Source: Myxococcales bacterium (GTDB lineage: Bacteria; Myxococcota; Myxococcia; Myxococcales; UBA5297). From it: a DNA stretch of 57,493 nucleotides. The translations under genes and the position numbers were made by a program. This document shows, piece after piece, positions 1 through 9,937 of the stretch (position 1 is the stretch's first letter; every line of letters begins with the position of its first letter). The DNA lies in contig JAISIF010000129.1 in the NCBI GenBank assembly GCA_031262165.1, positions 1-57,493 on the forward strand, given 5' to 3'. The notes under the pieces were generated by a model. The model did no database searches. It saw only the letters and a program-made list of their open reading frames with translations, and was not told the origin of the DNA.

Positions 1-62
1 TTGATTGGAAGTAAATGCGCAATGCGATTCCACTCTCGTTCGCTCAATTCGTGTCGGTGCAT
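1..62 (-). mobile_element. 5' end of an IS5-family transposase, truncated by the window edge
   Basis: Minus-strand ATG at 62 reads MHRHELSEREWNRIAHLLPI, matching the 'MxRHELTDEQWERIxPLLP' N-terminus of IS5-family (DUF4096) transposases; AAGGAG RBS just upstream; probable left end TAA|GAGGGCTG near 76-86. Confidence 0.75.
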
Positions 63-535
63 TTGCTCCTTCTTTCAGCCCTCTTAGGCTTCTTCAAGGG
101 TTTTCAAACAGGGCCTAGACCTCGAAAACAAAACGTCTCCAGAACAACGACCTTCGATAGTGTTGTCTTTCATAAGAGCACCCTTGAGGAGAAAGGCTTC
201 GGTGATAGCGAGTTTGGTCGAGACGAATGGCTTTTCTCTAGCCAGTTATGAGCGAGATGAGCTGTCGTCGACAGGTCAAAGCGCTATTTCGAAGCCGAGG
301 GCGTTTCACATATCGATGGAATGAACGCAACGCAAAATTGAGGCTATAGGACTTATGTCTACATGATCTTACCGATGATTGATGGACCTTCAGAATTTTT
401 CTCCAGACAATGATCGCACAGAAAAAATATAAAAGTCCCAAATAGGTTTTTTTCTTTTTCTCAAACCGGACCAACAGTTTTCTGAATCGATTGATCCACG
501 AATGAATCTCCTCGACGCTCCATCTACGCGCCTGA

Positions 536-682
536 GGCTTATCCCTCGATGAGGACCGAGCAACGCGAAGGATGGGGCAAGCCAGAAGAGGTGGGAGTTT
601 CCAGATGGAAGTGAAGAGCGAAGCAACGAAGGCTAGCCTTTCACGGACGAGCGGGGCGACGGGATAATCGAGGGATAAGTCC
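536..682 (-). repeat. MITE family A, copy 1 (inverted orientation)
   Basis: TIRs GGCTTATCCCTCGAT...ATCGAGGGATAAGTCC, flanks TGA/TAA; interior is the reverse complement of the copies at 5731, 24164, 34111 and 46041. Confidence 0.9.
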
Positions 683-1076
683 TAAGGGCTTAAGGAAGGA
701 AACGTCGCTGTGCGTCTAGATGGACGGCAGGCATCTGGTTTCGACGCACTTGTCTGGCAAGTTTGCAGGCGAGCAGACGATAGGTGGTGGATTTCCCCTC
801 TCACGCACTCTCCTCTTTCCACGACCGACATCTACTGCCACCAAGATTCTTCCGACAAAACACGACTCTCGATTTCCCCGCACCTGCCTTTGTTTGTCTC
901 GAAGAATGCGCCCGGCTGACGACGTCTCTATCAAGCTTTTTTAGAACTCGACCGCCCTGGAATACCTTTGGGCCGTGTTGACAACGCTTTTGTCTTGTCG
1001 CTAAAAGCCCGCCCCGTTTTTTTGTCCCCAGGTTGTCCTTTCCCTCCCCAAAAGCTTTCTCGTCAGGAGTTTCCCA

Positions 1077-1655
1077 ATGCACACGACCGCTCGCCTGCTG
1101 GGCCTCTTCGCTCTCCTCTCCCTGGCCGCCTGTGCCTCTCACTCTGCCTATGGTCCCGCGGGCGATGATCGCCTCGATGAGGATTCATCTGGACGCAAGG
1201 CGCCTCAGGCGCTCGATGCCAACGCGATGATGAGCCTGAACTGTAAGGAACAGGAAAAGGCCGTGCAGGCCGCGAACACTGAGACCGATGAGCGCAAGAA
1301 GCTCATCACGCTGGGCAAGGCCTATGAGGCGGCCAAGGCCACCTTCACACAGCTCGACGAAGCATCCTCCAGCCAGACCGACCTGCTCTACGGCAAAGAA
1401 GGCGATCAGATTAAGGCGAACCTCGAAGGCTGCCGGGAGGCCTCGGCGTCGGCCTACAGCGCGTTCGACGGTTTCGTCCGCGAGCTCGTCGACATGCCTG
1501 TCGTCCAGGAGATGCAGGACAGGAAGATGATCAACGTCGCCCGCGTCGAATTCGCGACGCTGCGCACGGCCATCGACAAGCTGGGTGCGACAGACAGAGA
1601 AGTGCTGCTCAACAAGCTCGCCGCGGTCGAGCCCTCCCTCGGTCAAGCGATCTGA
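1077..1655 (+). CDS. Hypothetical helical lipoprotein
   Basis: Signal peptide with lipobox LAAC; AGGAG RBS; high-GC codon usage; followed by a terminator. Confidence 0.8.
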   Translation: MHTTARLLGLFALLSLAACASHSAYGPAGDDRLDEDSSGRKAPQALDANAMMSLNCKEQEKAVQAANTETDERKKLITLGKAYEAAKATFTQLDEASSSQTDLLYGKEGDQIKANLEGCREASASAYSAFDGFVRELVDMPVVQEMQDRKMINVARVEFATLRTAIDKLGATDREVLLNKLAAVEPSLGQAI

Positions 1656-1684
1656 ACCTCGCGCGGCAGTAGCCAGATTTTCCC

Positions 1685-1720
1685 AGAGCGCCGATCCCGA
1701 TGGGTTTCGGCGCTCTTTTT
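1685..1720 (+). terminator. Rho-independent terminator
   Basis: Stem AGAGCGCCGA...TCGGCGCTCT followed by a T run. Confidence 0.8.
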
Positions 1721-1871
1721 CTTTGCCTCGCCCAGCGCCTCTCCGCCTGCCAGCGCCTCGCCTTGCCACTGAATAAAAAAAGGACTCTGCCGTTTGAGGC
1801 GCGACTTTGCCTCCCATCCTCAAAACAGGCTGTCGCCAGAGCCCTGGCCCTTCTCGAAAGATCTCTCAACG

Positions 1872-3503
1872 ATGAACGCCTCTTCCGCCGCCTGCCGCCT
1901 CGCTGGACTCCTGGCCATCTTCACCCTCACAGGCCTCGCTGCGGCGCCGGGCCTTGCCCACGCCGATGGAACCGCGTGCAGCATCCAGCAGGTCGAGGGC
2001 ACCTGCGGCGCTGGCGAGGGGATACTGGAGGAGCAGGCGCCGACTCTCTCCGACGCCCAGGTCTCCTTCACCACCACGCGCTCGACATCCGCTGCAGCGG
2101 CAGCGCCAGCGACAAAGCCTGTCACCCTCCAGCTCTTCTACGCCTACGACTGCCCGCACTGCCACGAGGCCATGGCGTGGCTCCCCGAACTTCAAAAGAC
2201 CTACCCCAACCTCAAAGTCGAGATGTTCGAGGTCAAGCGCGAGGAGAAGAACCGTGGCCTGTTCGAGGCGCGCGCCAAGGAGATGGGCACCGTCGTCCGC
2301 GGCTATCCAACGTTCTTCATCGGAGAGGAGACAATCGTCGGCTTCAATCAGAGCACGACCGGCGAAGAGCTCACTCGCCTGGTGAAGTCTCTGTCCGAGC
2401 CCTCGCCCGTGCCAGCAAAGCTAGCGCCTCGAGCGCGCCAGCCCGTCACGATGAAGATGTTTTACGATGCGAGTGGCTGCGTCCATTGCACAGGTGCCCT
2501 GCAGTGGCTGCCCGAGCTCGAAGCCGCTTATCCCAACCTCAGCATCGAGAAGATCGCGGTGAACGATGCCCCGGCCAACCGCGCCCTCTTTGTCGAGACG
2601 GCCAAGAAGTTTGGCACCGAGCCGCAGGGCCTGCCCGCCTTCTTCGTCGGCGACGACGTGTTCTACGGCTTCTACAAGGACAAGACGTGCGCGAGCCTCA
2701 TCGACAAGGTGCGCGAGCTGTCGGGCATCAGCGAAGACAAAGACTGCGCCGATGCGCGCGAAATCTCTGTGCCCTTCCTCGGCTCCATCCGCACCGACCG
2801 CGTCTCACTCGGCCAGCTCACCCTGGTGCTGGGGCTTCTCGACAGTCTGAACCCGTGCGCCATCTGGGTGCTCACCTTCCTGTTGAGCCTGCTCGCCCAC
2901 ACCCGCAACCGTCGCAAAATCCTCATGGTGGGCGGCACCTTCATCGTCATGTCGGGCCTGGTCTATTTTGCATTCATGGCGGCGTGGCTGAGCCTGTTCC
3001 ACGTGATTGGGATGCACACGGCTATCACCTTCGTTTTGGCTGGCGTGGCCATCGTCATGGGCCTCATCAACCTGAAGGAGCTCTTCTTCTTCAAGAAGGG
3101 CGTCTCACTGATGATCCCCGACAGCGCCAAGCCCAAGATCGCCTCGCGCGCCCGCAAGATTCTCCAGGAGCAGAACATGGTGCTGGCCTTCGTCGGCACG
3201 GCACTGCTCGCGGGGTTTGCCAACATCGTGGAGCTCGGCTGCACCGTTGGCCTGCCTGCCATCTTCACCAAGGTCCTCACCTCGCGTGGCATCGGCACTG
3301 GGACGCAGCTGGCCTACATGGCGCTCTACAACGTCTATTACGTGATTCCGCTGGCCATCATTGTCGGCATCTTCGTCTGGACCATGGGCCACTTCCGGGT
3401 GACGGAGCGCACCGGCAAGGTCCTCAAGCTCATCAGCGGCGTGGTCATGCTGGCGCTCGGCCTCATCATGCTCGTGAAGCCAGAACTGCTCGTTCTGAGC
3501 TGA
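1872..3503 (+). CDS. Membrane protein with two thioredoxin/glutaredoxin-fold domains and a DsbD/CcdA-like TM domain
   Basis: Signal peptide; CPHC and CVHC redox motifs in two similar domains; DSLNPCAIWVL and ELGCTVGLP TM cysteines; multiple TM helices. Start placed at ATG 1872. Confidence 0.8.
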   Translation: MNASSAACRLAGLLAIFTLTGLAAAPGLAHADGTACSIQQVEGTCGAGEGILEEQAPTLSDAQVSFTTTRSTSAAAAAPATKPVTLQLFYAYDCPHCHEAMAWLPELQKTYPNLKVEMFEVKREEKNRGLFEARAKEMGTVVRGYPTFFIGEETIVGFNQSTTGEELTRLVKSLSEPSPVPAKLAPRARQPVTMKMFYDASGCVHCTGALQWLPELEAAYPNLSIEKIAVNDAPANRALFVETAKKFGTEPQGLPAFFVGDDVFYGFYKDKTCASLIDKVRELSGISEDKDCADAREISVPFLGSIRTDRVSLGQLTLVLGLLDSLNPCAIWVLTFLLSLLAHTRNRRKILMVGGTFIVMSGLVYFAFMAAWLSLFHVIGMHTAITFVLAGVAIVMGLINLKELFFFKKGVSLMIPDSAKPKIASRARKILQEQNMVLAFVGTALLAGFANIVELGCTVGLPAIFTKVLTSRGIGTGTQLAYMALYNVYYVIPLAIIVGIFVWTMGHFRVTERTGKVLKLISGVVMLALGLIMLVKPELLVLS

Positions 3504-3650
3504 CGCGAAACACGCCAAATCCACCTCCTCATCAAAGGGGAGGTGTTCCTCTAAACCCTCGCTCGTGGAGCCACGCCCTCTGGCCCTTTCAAAGGCAGAT
3601 GGGGAACGCCGCGCCCGTAGGTGAGGTTCGAAACACAGGTCATCACAGCC

Positions 3651-4676
3651 ATGCGCACGCTCTCAGGAATCCAGCCCTCGGGCGCCCTACACCTGGGCAA
3701 CTACTTCGGCGCTTTGCGCCAATTCGTCGAGCTCCAGAAGGAAGAGGGCGAGGCGCTCTACTTCATCGCCAACCTCCACGCGCTGACCACGACGCGCGAC
3801 GGCGAGGCGCTCTCTCGCAACACTGCTGCCATCGCGCTCGACTTCCTCGCGCTCGGGCTCGATCCACAGAAGTCCATCCTGTTCCGTCAGTCGGATGTGC
3901 CGTTCCACGCCGAGCTGCATTGGCTTCTCGGAACAGTGACGCCCCTGGCGCTGCTCGAGCGTGGCCACAGCTACAAGGACAAGCTCGCGCGCGGGTTTGG
4001 CGCGGACGTGGGGCTGTTCACCTACCCGGTGCTGATGGCCGCGGACATCCTGCTCTACCGCACCGATCGCGTGCCAGTGGGCAAGGACCAGAAGCAGCAT
4101 CTCGAGATTGCGCGCGATATCGCGACCAAGTTCAACCTGACCTACGTGCCTGGCTACGATCCGCAGGACCCCGAGGGCCGCGAGAACAAAAAGCATACGA
4201 AGGGCATCCTCAAGCTGCCAGAGCCGTTCATCCTCGACTCGACGGCCGTGGTGCCTGGGACCGACGGCCAGAAGATGTCGAAGAGTTATGGCAACGCCAT
4301 CGACCTGTTCGGGACCGACAAGGAGCTCAAGAAGCAGATCATGGGCATCGTCACAGACTCGACACCCGTCGAGGCGCCCAAGGATCCCGACGCGAGCAAC
4401 CTGTTTTTGCTGCTCAAGCTCTTCCTCTCGCCCTCGGAAATCGACGTGCTCGCGCAGAGCTTTCGCCAGGGCGGGACAGGCTATGGCGCCTACAAAAAGC
4501 AGCTGCTCGATGCGTTTCACGCGGCGTTCGATCCTGCCCGCGCCCGGCGTCTCGAACTCCAGAAGGACATGGGGGAGATCGAGGCCATTCTCCAGGACGG
4601 TGCCCAGCGCGCCGAGGCCATTGCGCGGCCTGTCATCGAAGAGGTGCGCCGTGCCGTGGGCGTGACCGGGAGGTAG
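3651..4676 (+). CDS. trpS: Tryptophan--tRNA ligase
   Basis: LSGIQPSG, HLGN, YPVLMAADIL, VPVGKDQKQH and KMSKS motifs. Confidence 0.97.
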   Translation: MRTLSGIQPSGALHLGNYFGALRQFVELQKEEGEALYFIANLHALTTTRDGEALSRNTAAIALDFLALGLDPQKSILFRQSDVPFHAELHWLLGTVTPLALLERGHSYKDKLARGFGADVGLFTYPVLMAADILLYRTDRVPVGKDQKQHLEIARDIATKFNLTYVPGYDPQDPEGRENKKHTKGILKLPEPFILDSTAVVPGTDGQKMSKSYGNAIDLFGTDKELKKQIMGIVTDSTPVEAPKDPDASNLFLLLKLFLSPSEIDVLAQSFRQGGTGYGAYKKQLLDAFHAAFDPARARRLELQKDMGEIEAILQDGAQRAEAIARPVIEEVRRAVGVTGR

Positions 4677-4839
4677 GCGCGGAGATCGAACGATCATCGA
4701 CGGGCGTTTTTCGCAGAGCCCCCTCCATGGCGTGGCCTGGCGATGGATGATCGACCCGAACGCAACGTTGGGCAGGCACAGGCGCCTGCCCCTTGAAAAG
4801 CAATCGCTCCCTGTTCCCTGCCCCAAGGTCTCCTCTTCC

Positions 4840-5724
4840 ATGCGCATCGCCGACCGACTCGCCGACCCAGCGCCGTGTTTCTCCTTCGAGTTCTTTCCCC
4901 CGAAGACCGAGCTCGGGCGCGCCCACCTGGACGCGGCGCTGCGCGATTTGGAGAGCCTCTCGCCCGGCTTCATCTCGATCACCTGTGGGGCCAGCGGCAG
5001 CGCGCGCGCGCCCTCCATCGACCTGGCCATCGAGCTCCAGACAGCGCGCCAGGTCGAGGTCATGGCGCACCTGACCTGCCAGGGACAGTCGCGCGCACGA
5101 CTCTTCGAAGAACTGACGCGGCTGCGTTCGAGCGGCATCGAAAACGTCTTTGCCCTGCGCGGCGACCCCACTGATGGCGCCTGCGCCGATGAGTCGAGCC
5201 CGCGTTCGGCCAGGGACTTCACGCGCTTCATCCGCGAGCGCGGCTTCGACTTCTGCCTGGGCGGCGCGGCCTACCCCGAGGTCCACCCGAGGGCCCTCTC
5301 GAGACGAGCCGACCTCGACGATCTGAAGCGCAAGGTGGACGCGGGCGTCAGTTTCCTCATCACGCAGCTCTTCTTCGACAACGCGCACTACTTCGACTTC
5401 GTGGAACGCACCCAAAAGGCCGGGATCACCGTCCCCATCGTCCCGGGCATCTTCCCGATCACGAGCTTCGATCAGATCGAGCGCTTCACGCGCCTGTGCG
5501 GCGCCACGCTGCCCGGGCGCTTGCGCCTCGAGCTCGAACGCCACCAGGCGGATTCCGAGGCCGTGCTCCAGCTCGGCGTTGCCCACGCCACGCTCCAGTG
5601 CCTCGACCTGATGAACCAGGGCGTGCGCCACCTGCACTTCTTCACGCTCAACAAGTCGCCCGCGACCCGCCTTCTCGTGATGGCGCTCAACGCCTTTCGA
5701 GCCGAGCGCCCGCCCTCGACATAG
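4840..5724 (+). CDS. metF: 5,10-methylenetetrahydrofolate reductase
   Basis: FSFEFFPPK, AHLTC, ALRGDP, AAYPEVHP, ITQLFFD and HFFTLN motifs. Confidence 0.95.
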   Translation: MRIADRLADPAPCFSFEFFPPKTELGRAHLDAALRDLESLSPGFISITCGASGSARAPSIDLAIELQTARQVEVMAHLTCQGQSRARLFEELTRLRSSGIENVFALRGDPTDGACADESSPRSARDFTRFIRERGFDFCLGGAAYPEVHPRALSRRADLDDLKRKVDAGVSFLITQLFFDNAHYFDFVERTQKAGITVPIVPGIFPITSFDQIERFTRLCGATLPGRLRLELERHQADSEAVLQLGVAHATLQCLDLMNQGVRHLHFFTLNKSPATRLLVMALNAFRAERPPST

Positions 5725-5730
5725 GACTTA

Positions 5731-5880
5731 GGACTTCTCCCTCAATTATCCCGTCGCCAAAGCTCGTCCGTGAAACGCCAGCCCTCGTTGCTTCGCGCTT
5801 CACTTCCGTCTGGAAGCTCGCGCCTCGTCTGGCATTCCCCGTCCTTCGCGGTGCACAGGTCCTCATCGAGAGATAAGTCC
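5731..5880 (+). repeat. MITE family A, copy 2
   Basis: GGACTTCTCCCTCAAT...ATCGAGAGATAAGTCC; shared core TCGTTGCTTCGCxCTTCACTTCCGTCTGGA; lies just after the metF stop. Confidence 0.9.
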
Positions 5881-5928
5881 ATAAAACCACCGCCCCGGCC
5901 TTCCAGAGCCACCTCAAAGGAGCCCCGC

Positions 5929-8900
5929 TTGGACTCACTTGCCCTCGCCCTTCGACGCGGACTCATCGCTGGCCTTCTCGCCCTCACCTTTCCCTTGGCG
6001 CTCGACGCTGCCGAGCTCACGGGCAAGCGCGTCAAGCCCCAGCGCGGTGCGCCCACGATGGCCCGCGACACGCTGCCGACTCAGCCCAGCGATCCATTCT
6101 CCCAAGAGCTCGCGCGCCTGACACAGGAGGCGATCGCGGTCGAGGACCAGCCCGAGGCCAGCCTCCCGCTCCTGCGCGCCTTCGAGCTGCGCGAGCGCCT
6201 GCCCAGCCTCGCGCCGCTCGCTCAACTCTATCAGCGCTTCTCCACCGCGAGCCGCGTCGATCCGCGCGTCCGAGAGCTGGCCGCCTGGCACCTGGCCCAG
6301 ATCGAGCGCCAACGCGGCCGCCTCAGCCGAAGCGACGAGGCGCTCCAGCGGCTCGGCTTCGTCACGGACTTCCTCGTCATCGGCCCGTTCGACAACGAGG
6401 GCAAAGGCGGCTGCGACAAGAGCCTGGCGCCCGAGACCGAGATCGATCTGGGCGCCGAATACCTGGGCAAGGTCAGGCCCGTGCGCTGGCGCCGCCTGCC
6501 TGCTGGCAAGCCCGCGCTCGGCCAGATCGCCCTGAACCGCCTGTTCACGCCGGACCAGGAGATCGTCAGCTACGCCTTTACCGAGGTCGACGCCGAGAGC
6601 GACCAGTCCGTGCTCCTGTCGTTGAGCACCTCGGGCGCGAGCGCGCTCTTCATCGATGGCCAGCGCGTGTTCGAGGACGCGGGCTACCACCCGCAGGGCG
6701 TAGAGCAGGCGCGCCTGCAGGTGGCGCTGCCCAAGGGCCGACACCAGTTCCTGCTCAAGCTCTGTCAGGCCACGAGCGGCCAGCACGGCTTCTCGATGCG
6801 CCTGCGGCAACCCAATGGCCGCCCCCTCCAAAACGTGCGCGTCACGCTGCCCGAGGACGGCGCGCGCCTCTCGCTGCCGTCCTCTGCCCCCGCACCGAAG
6901 AAGGGAAGGGCCGCCGCGCAGCCAACGGTCAAAGTCGAGCGACTCGACACGCTCGCCGATACGCTGCGTCTGAAGGCCGAGAGGTCGCCCCGCGATCCCA
7001 AGACGCTGGCCAACCACGCCGAGCTCGCCAAGGCGTTTCACCCAGACGACGAGACGGCCCGGACAGCCGTCGTCCAGAGCGCCCGCGCCGCCGCGCTCGC
7101 GCCGAGCGATCCGGAGATCCTCTGGCTCGCCGCGCGCCTGGCCGACGACTGGAACGAGGAGCGCGGCCTGCTCGATGAGCTCCTGAAGCTCGATCCTGGT
7201 CATGCCCGCGCCACGGAACGGCTCGCCGCGCGCCTGGCCAAGCACGGCCAGCCACGCCGGGCGCTCGATCTCATCGACGCCGCGCTCGCCCAGAATGGGG
7301 GTGACTTTGCCTTGAGCCTCCAGAAGGCCATGCTGCTCTCCTCGGCCTTCGACCTGAGCGCCGACGCCGATCGCCGCGTCGAGACCACGTTCGAGCAATG
7401 GCGCGATCGGCCCGAGGTCATCCTCCATCTGGCGTTGCTCCGGCAGTCCCAGTCCAATCCACGAGAGGCGCTCGCGCTCCTGCGGACTTACCTGTCGCTG
7501 AAACACGCGGATCTGGGCGCGCGGCGCCAGCTTGCCGCCATCCTGGGAGACCTCGGCGACCTGGACGCCGCCCTCGACGAGCGCCACAAGATCCTCGCGC
7601 TCGATCCCTGGAACAGCGCGGACTGGCTCAGACTCGGCGAGCTCGCGGCTGCCAATGGCCGCTCGGAGGAGGCGCTCGGCGCCTTGGAACGCGCGCGAGC
7701 GATCGGTCCAGACGACCCCCAGATCCACGAGCGCGCTGGCCACGCGTTGGCCTCGATGGGGCGCACGAAGGAGGCGATCGCGGCCCTCGAAAGCGCCCTC
7801 GCGCTCAGGCCGCAGAACGCGCGGCTCAAGGAGGCGCTGAACGCCCTGAAGGGCGGCCAGAAGAGCTTTGGTGAGGCGTTGGCGCAGGACGTCACCAAGC
7901 TCATCGCCCAGTTTCCACCGCGCCCGGGCCAGGACGGCGCGGTGCTCGCGCAGCTCACCGCGATTCAGGTCCACCCGAGCGGCCTGGCCTCGCGCTTCCA
8001 CCAAGTCGTGGCCCGCGCCCAGACGCCGCGCGGCGTCGAGGCGCTGCGCCAGCACTGGGTGACCTACGCGGACGATCGCCAGGAGATCAAAATCCTCACG
8101 GCGCGCATCCACCGGCCCGATGGCTCCGTGCTCGAGTCGTTCAACCAGCAGGAGCGCTCGCTGTCCGACCCCTCGACACGCCTCTACTACGACGCCCGCG
8201 CCCGCCTCATCCGCTTCCCTGCGCTCGCGCCCGGCGACGTGCTGGAGCTCGCCTACCGGCTCGACGACACGGCCAGCGACAACATGCTCTCCGACTACTT
8301 CGGCGACGTGCGGCCCATCCAGGGCGAGCTCGTCAAGGAGCGCTTCGACGTCGTCATCCAAATGCCGCAAGGCCGAAAGCTCCACGCCAACACGCCCTCG
8401 ACGCCGATCGAGAGAACAGAAGAGTCTCTACCCGATGGCGGTCGGCTCTATCGCTTCACGGCGCGCGAGGTCCCGCGCTTCGTGCCCGAGCCAGGCATGC
8501 CCGGTGCGCAGGAGCTCATCAGCCTGCTGCACGTCTCGACCTACGAGACGTGGGACGAGATCGCCCGCTACTACGAGGGCCTGGTGCACGATCAGCTCAC
8601 GATCACCCCGACCATCCGCGAGGCGTTCGCCGACATCGTGAAGCCCCTCGCCAACCCCAAGGACGAGCTGGCCGTGATCCGCGCGGTCTATGACTTCGTC
8701 GTGAGCCGCACCCGCTACGTGGGCCTCGAATTCGGCATCCACGGCTTCAAGCCCTACCCCGTGGACAAGGTGCTCTCGCGCCGCTTCGGCGACTGCAAAG
8801 ACAAAGCGTCGCTCATGCACGCGCTGCTTCAGGTGGGCGGCATCGACTCGAAGCTCGTGCTGCTGCGCATGAAGCGGCGCGGCGCGCTCGCGCCCTATCC

Positions 8901-9723
8901 TGCGTCCTTGGCCGTCTTCGACCACGCCATCCTCTACCTCCCGAAGCACGACCTCTTCCTCGATGGGACGGCCGAGCACCACGGGACCACGGAGCTGCCG
9001 GTCCAGGACGCGGGCGCTGCCGTGCTCGTCATCGATCCGAGCAAGCCCAGCGCACTCGCGCGCATCCCCGAGCTCGGCGCCGAGCGCAACGCCTCGACCG
9101 CGCTCCATGAGATCACGCTCTCGGCCACGGGCGAGGCGCGAATCCAGGGCAGCGTCACGCAGACCGGCCAACTCGCGCCCTCGTTCCGGCGCGCCTATCT
9201 GGCAGAGGCCAAGCGCGCGCAGGACTTCGAGCGCACCTGGTCCAGGCTCTTCCCCGGCGCCTCTGTCCGCGCGCTCGACGTGGGCGATCTCACCGCGATC
9301 GAGGCGCCCGTCCGCTACACGTTCGAGCTCACGGCGCCCGGGTTCGCCAAGCGCGATGGCGATGCGCTGATCGTGCTGCCGCTCGGCCAACGCAAGAGCT
9401 ACGTCGAGACTCTGGCGCCGCTGAGCGAGCGCTCGCTGCCGCTCGAGCTGTGGCTGGCGAGCACGCGGGCGACGACCTACCGCGTCGCGCTGCCCGAGGG
9501 CTTCGTCGTGGATGGCCTGCCCTCACCCGTGGAGCTCGACACGCCGCTCGTCCACTTCGCGCGGCGCTGCGAACAGGTGGATGGCCGTGTGGAACTCGCC
9601 ATCACCTTCACCCTCAAGACCGCCCGCGTCGAGCCAGCCGACTACGCCGCGTTCCGAGAGAGCCTGGCGCGCATCGACGCCCTGCTGAGCGAGGGCATTC
9701 GGCTGAAACCGTCAGGCAATTGA
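5929..9723 (+). CDS. Large secreted TPR + DUF3857 + transglutaminase-like protein
   Basis: TTG start with AAGGAG RBS, then a signal-like segment; TPR-like helices; RYVGLEFGIHG, GDCKDKA and FDHAI (Cys/His catalytic motifs of transglutaminase-like DUF3857 proteins). Confidence 0.85.
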   Translation: MDSLALALRRGLIAGLLALTFPLALDAAELTGKRVKPQRGAPTMARDTLPTQPSDPFSQELARLTQEAIAVEDQPEASLPLLRAFELRERLPSLAPLAQLYQRFSTASRVDPRVRELAAWHLAQIERQRGRLSRSDEALQRLGFVTDFLVIGPFDNEGKGGCDKSLAPETEIDLGAEYLGKVRPVRWRRLPAGKPALGQIALNRLFTPDQEIVSYAFTEVDAESDQSVLLSLSTSGASALFIDGQRVFEDAGYHPQGVEQARLQVALPKGRHQFLLKLCQATSGQHGFSMRLRQPNGRPLQNVRVTLPEDGARLSLPSSAPAPKKGRAAAQPTVKVERLDTLADTLRLKAERSPRDPKTLANHAELAKAFHPDDETARTAVVQSARAAALAPSDPEILWLAARLADDWNEERGLLDELLKLDPGHARATERLAARLAKHGQPRRALDLIDAALAQNGGDFALSLQKAMLLSSAFDLSADADRRVETTFEQWRDRPEVILHLALLRQSQSNPREALALLRTYLSLKHADLGARRQLAAILGDLGDLDAALDERHKILALDPWNSADWLRLGELAAANGRSEEALGALERARAIGPDDPQIHERAGHALASMGRTKEAIAALESALALRPQNARLKEALNALKGGQKSFGEALAQDVTKLIAQFPPRPGQDGAVLAQLTAIQVHPSGLASRFHQVVARAQTPRGVEALRQHWVTYADDRQEIKILTARIHRPDGSVLESFNQQERSLSDPSTRLYYDARARLIRFPALAPGDVLELAYRLDDTASDNMLSDYFGDVRPIQGELVKERFDVVIQMPQGRKLHANTPSTPIERTEESLPDGGRLYRFTAREVPRFVPEPGMPGAQELISLLHVSTYETWDEIARYYEGLVHDQLTITPTIREAFADIVKPLANPKDELAVIRAVYDFVVSRTRYVGLEFGIHGFKPYPVDKVLSRRFGDCKDKASLMHALLQVGGIDSKLVLLRMKRRGALAPYPASLAVFDHAILYLPKHDLFLDGTAEHHGTTELPVQDAGAAVLVIDPSKPSALARIPELGAERNASTALHEITLSATGEARIQGSVTQTGQLAPSFRRAYLAEAKRAQDFERTWSRLFPGASVRALDVGDLTAIEAPVRYTFELTAPGFAKRDGDALIVLPLGQRKSYVETLAPLSERSLPLELWLASTRATTYRVALPEGFVVDGLPSPVELDTPLVHFARRCEQVDGRVELAITFTLKTARVEPADYAAFRESLARIDALLSEGIRLKPSGN

Positions 9724-9937
9724 ATTCTCACCGCCCTCTGCCCCTGCGGACCACCTCCCACCCAGCGAGGGGGATGTCGGCAAAGAGGACAGGAGGAGAG
9801 CGCCCCGAATTTGTCCGCCCTGTCGATGGACGGCCCATGCCGGAAGAAAAATGGAGCGCAGCGCCAACGCCGTCTCCTCTCGTGACTTCCGACGACCAAC
9901 AGATCCAGATCACTCACTTCGTATCGAGGGCTCCGCC

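Noticed and set aside
90-1070. Short ORFs in the left intergenic region
   Set aside because: No motifs or convincing RBS; partly MITE-derived.
3504-3650. T-box or attenuator upstream of trpS
   Set aside because: No T-box consensus or Trp leader peptide seen; only a GC-rich hairpin.
1700-4750. 1016-aa ORF and many other long overlapping ORFs (e.g. 5935-8385, 46632-48629, 41490-43046)
   Set aside because: Shadow frames of high-GC genes; Arg/Pro/Ala-rich with no motifs, and they overlap well-supported CDSs.
4677-4839. SAM/SAH riboswitch upstream of metF
   Set aside because: No recognisable aptamer consensus by eye; a covariance search would be needed.
5770-5928. N-terminal extension of the 1317-aa ORF
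   Set aside because: It is largely translated MITE sequence; a TTG with RBS at 5929 precedes a signal-like segment.
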